NCBI GenBank assembly: GCA_043818055.1
Contig: JBDRGF010000022.1
Span: 1 to 18,862, forward strand
DNA length: 18,862 nucleotides
Direction: 5' to 3'
From: Pseudomonadota bacterium
Lineage (GTDB): Bacteria; UBA10199; 2-02-FULL-44-16; JBDRGF01
Below are positions 17,482 to 18,862 of this stretch, in pieces. A program made the position numbers and the translations under genes. Within the stretch, counting starts at the first letter, position 1; each line of letters starts with the position of its first letter. The notes beneath the pieces were generated by a model. The model searched no databases, was not told the DNA's origin, and saw only the letters and a list, made by a program, of their open reading frames with translations.

Positions 17482-18078
17482 ATGACTATGAAATCCAAAA
17501 AGAAAAATACCTCAAAAACTTCTACTCGCAATTCACAGGAGAGGGTGATGACCGAGGGGAAGTTCATGTCGATATTTGAAGATATCAAAGACCTGATAAA
17601 ATCGACGGCCAAGGGAACTGAAAACGCTATCAGGGCAGACATGAAGAAGATGGAATCTTCGATCAGGAAAGAGCTTGGGAGTGATATTTCCACTTTGCAG
17701 TGCGCAGTCTCTGAACACTCGAAGATCATAAAGGATATGGATACCAGATTGACCAATGAAATTCAGGGTGTCCGGACGGAACTCAAGACCGAGATCCATG
17801 GTGTCAGGACCGAGCTGATAGACAGGATGGACAATGGTTTTGGCTCTCTCAAAACCGAGCTCAAGACCGAGATCCAGGGTGTCAGGACCGAGCTGATAGA
17901 CAGGATGGACAATGGTTTTGGCTCCCTCAGAACCGAACTCAAGACTGAGATCCAGGGTGTCAGGACAGAACTCAAAGCCGAAATTAGAGAAGTTGGCAAC
18001 AAGGTCGATAGACTGGAATCCCGTCTCGACGTCACGGAACCAAAGGTCGAAGTGCTCTTAAAAGAAAAAAGGGCATAA
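17482..18078 (+). CDS. Repetitive coiled-coil protein (apolipoprotein-like/hendecad repeats), function unknown
   Basis: 78-bp (26-aa) tandem unit TELKTEI[H/Q]GVRTELIDRMDNGFGSL[K/R] in register at 17782, 17860 and 17938. The start is uncertain: ATG 17548 behind AGGAGAGG is an alternative. Confidence 0.8.
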   Translation: MTMKSKKKNTSKTSTRNSQERVMTEGKFMSIFEDIKDLIKSTAKGTENAIRADMKKMESSIRKELGSDISTLQCAVSEHSKIIKDMDTRLTNEIQGVRTELKTEIHGVRTELIDRMDNGFGSLKTELKTEIQGVRTELIDRMDNGFGSLRTELKTEIQGVRTELKAEIREVGNKVDRLESRLDVTEPKVEVLLKEKRA

Positions 18079-18092
18079 AAAAAGCAAAAAGC

Positions 18093-18142
18093 GTATGTAG
18101 CATGTGGCATGTAGTATGTGGGCAAAACCTCAATAATCTGCC
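18093..18142 (+). repeat. ATGTAGC/ATGTGGC heptamer element, copy 2
   Basis: GTATGTAGCATGTGGCATGTAGTATGTGGGCAAAACCTCAATAATCTGCC, a direct repeat of 16993-17043. Confidence 0.9.
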
Positions 18143-18260
18143 ATTCACTCATTTTCCGACTCATTTTATAAATAATCAGCTATAATGCACTATTTATAAC
18201 ACTTTACCCTTGCATCAAATCATGACTGCAGATAAAGCATCTCAAACTGAGGAGGATGTC

Positions 18261-18862
18261 ATGGGAAATGATAATAGTCATAGGTTGTCGGTTGGGGGGA
18301 ATTTGGGCAATGAAATAGGAAATTCTAATTTTGAGCTGAATTATCGGCATTTTTGGAGAGTTAAACCAAATTTTAAGATAGGTTTTGGATTTGCCGCCGG
18401 GTTATCTCCTTTTCGATCCACTGAAGATGTTGATTCTACAGGTATTAAAAAAATCGAGTCAGATTATGAAAAAACGGGAATCACTACCTTCTTTGGAGAG
18501 AAAGATGGTTACTTTTCACTGACATCTAAACTTTCCTTAAAATGGTCTCTCCTTAAAGGCTCTTGGGGAGGTGTTCATTTTGGTTTTGGAGGTATTGTAG
18601 GTTATTTTTCTCGATGGGGACATTTCCTCGTCTACAAACCCGGTGATTATTCAGTTGTTCGACCCGGCCAGGCTGAAAAAATTGATCTATTTAAACCTTT
18701 CGAAAATGGTTATCTTGTTCAGGGTGTCAGAGCAGGGGGATATCTATTTTTAGAATATCTTTTTCCAACGCGGTCACGTATCGGCTTTTCAATAATTCTT
18801 AATATGGCTTTTCAAGGAGATATGCCGATTCAAAAAGAATACCCTGAAGGTTTTCATGCACT
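18261..18862 (+). CDS. Hypothetical beta-strand-rich protein, truncated by the window end; not in the ORF track
   Basis: GAGGAGG SD, then ATG 18261. The frame is open for 200 codons to the window end: MGNDNSHRLSVGGNLGNEIGNSNFELNYRHFWRVKPNFKIGFGFAAGLSPF...GGVHFGFGGIVGYF...RAGGYLFLEYLF...RIGFSIILNMAF. Confidence 0.8.
   Translation, partial: MGNDNSHRLSVGGNLGNEIGNSNFELNYRHFWRVKPNFKIGFGFAAGLSPFRSTEDVDSTGIKKIESDYEKTGITTFFGEKDGYFSLTSKLSLKWSLLKGSWGGVHFGFGGIVGYFSRWGHFLVYKPGDYSVVRPGQAEKIDLFKPFENGYLVQGVRAGGYLFLEYLFPTRSRIGFSIILNMAFQGDMPIQKEYPEGFHA

Noticed and set aside
17070..17579. ORFs 17070-17294(-), 17140-17466(+) and 17334-17579(+)
   Set aside because: These frames are open only because of stop-free tandem and palindromic repeats.

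Overview
Bacterial chromosomal window, probably from a Gram-negative deltaproteobacterial-type lineage (inferred from the outer-membrane barrels and a bacterial histone, not proven). From left to right it holds: a complete ~2.0 kb DDE insertion sequence (17-bp terminal inverted repeats, highly structured 5' non-coding region) inserted into an RND/AcrB-type transporter gene; a K+ channel-family gene; an outer-membrane beta-barrel gene; carAB; a small divergent membrane-anchored ORF; a 1296-aa DUF58-like + transglutaminase-like + charged coiled-coil fusion; zupT; a tRNA-Lys/tRNA-Glu pair followed by a split copy of the tRNA-Glu 3' end; a 59-aa bacterial histone gene missing from the ORF track; dcd; a DnaJ class II/CbpA-like gene; a nest of miniature inverted-repeat elements around a repetitive coiled-coil gene; and a final, truncated beta-barrel-like ORF with no signal peptide, also missing from the track. 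All family assignments come from motifs recognised by eye; no searches were run.
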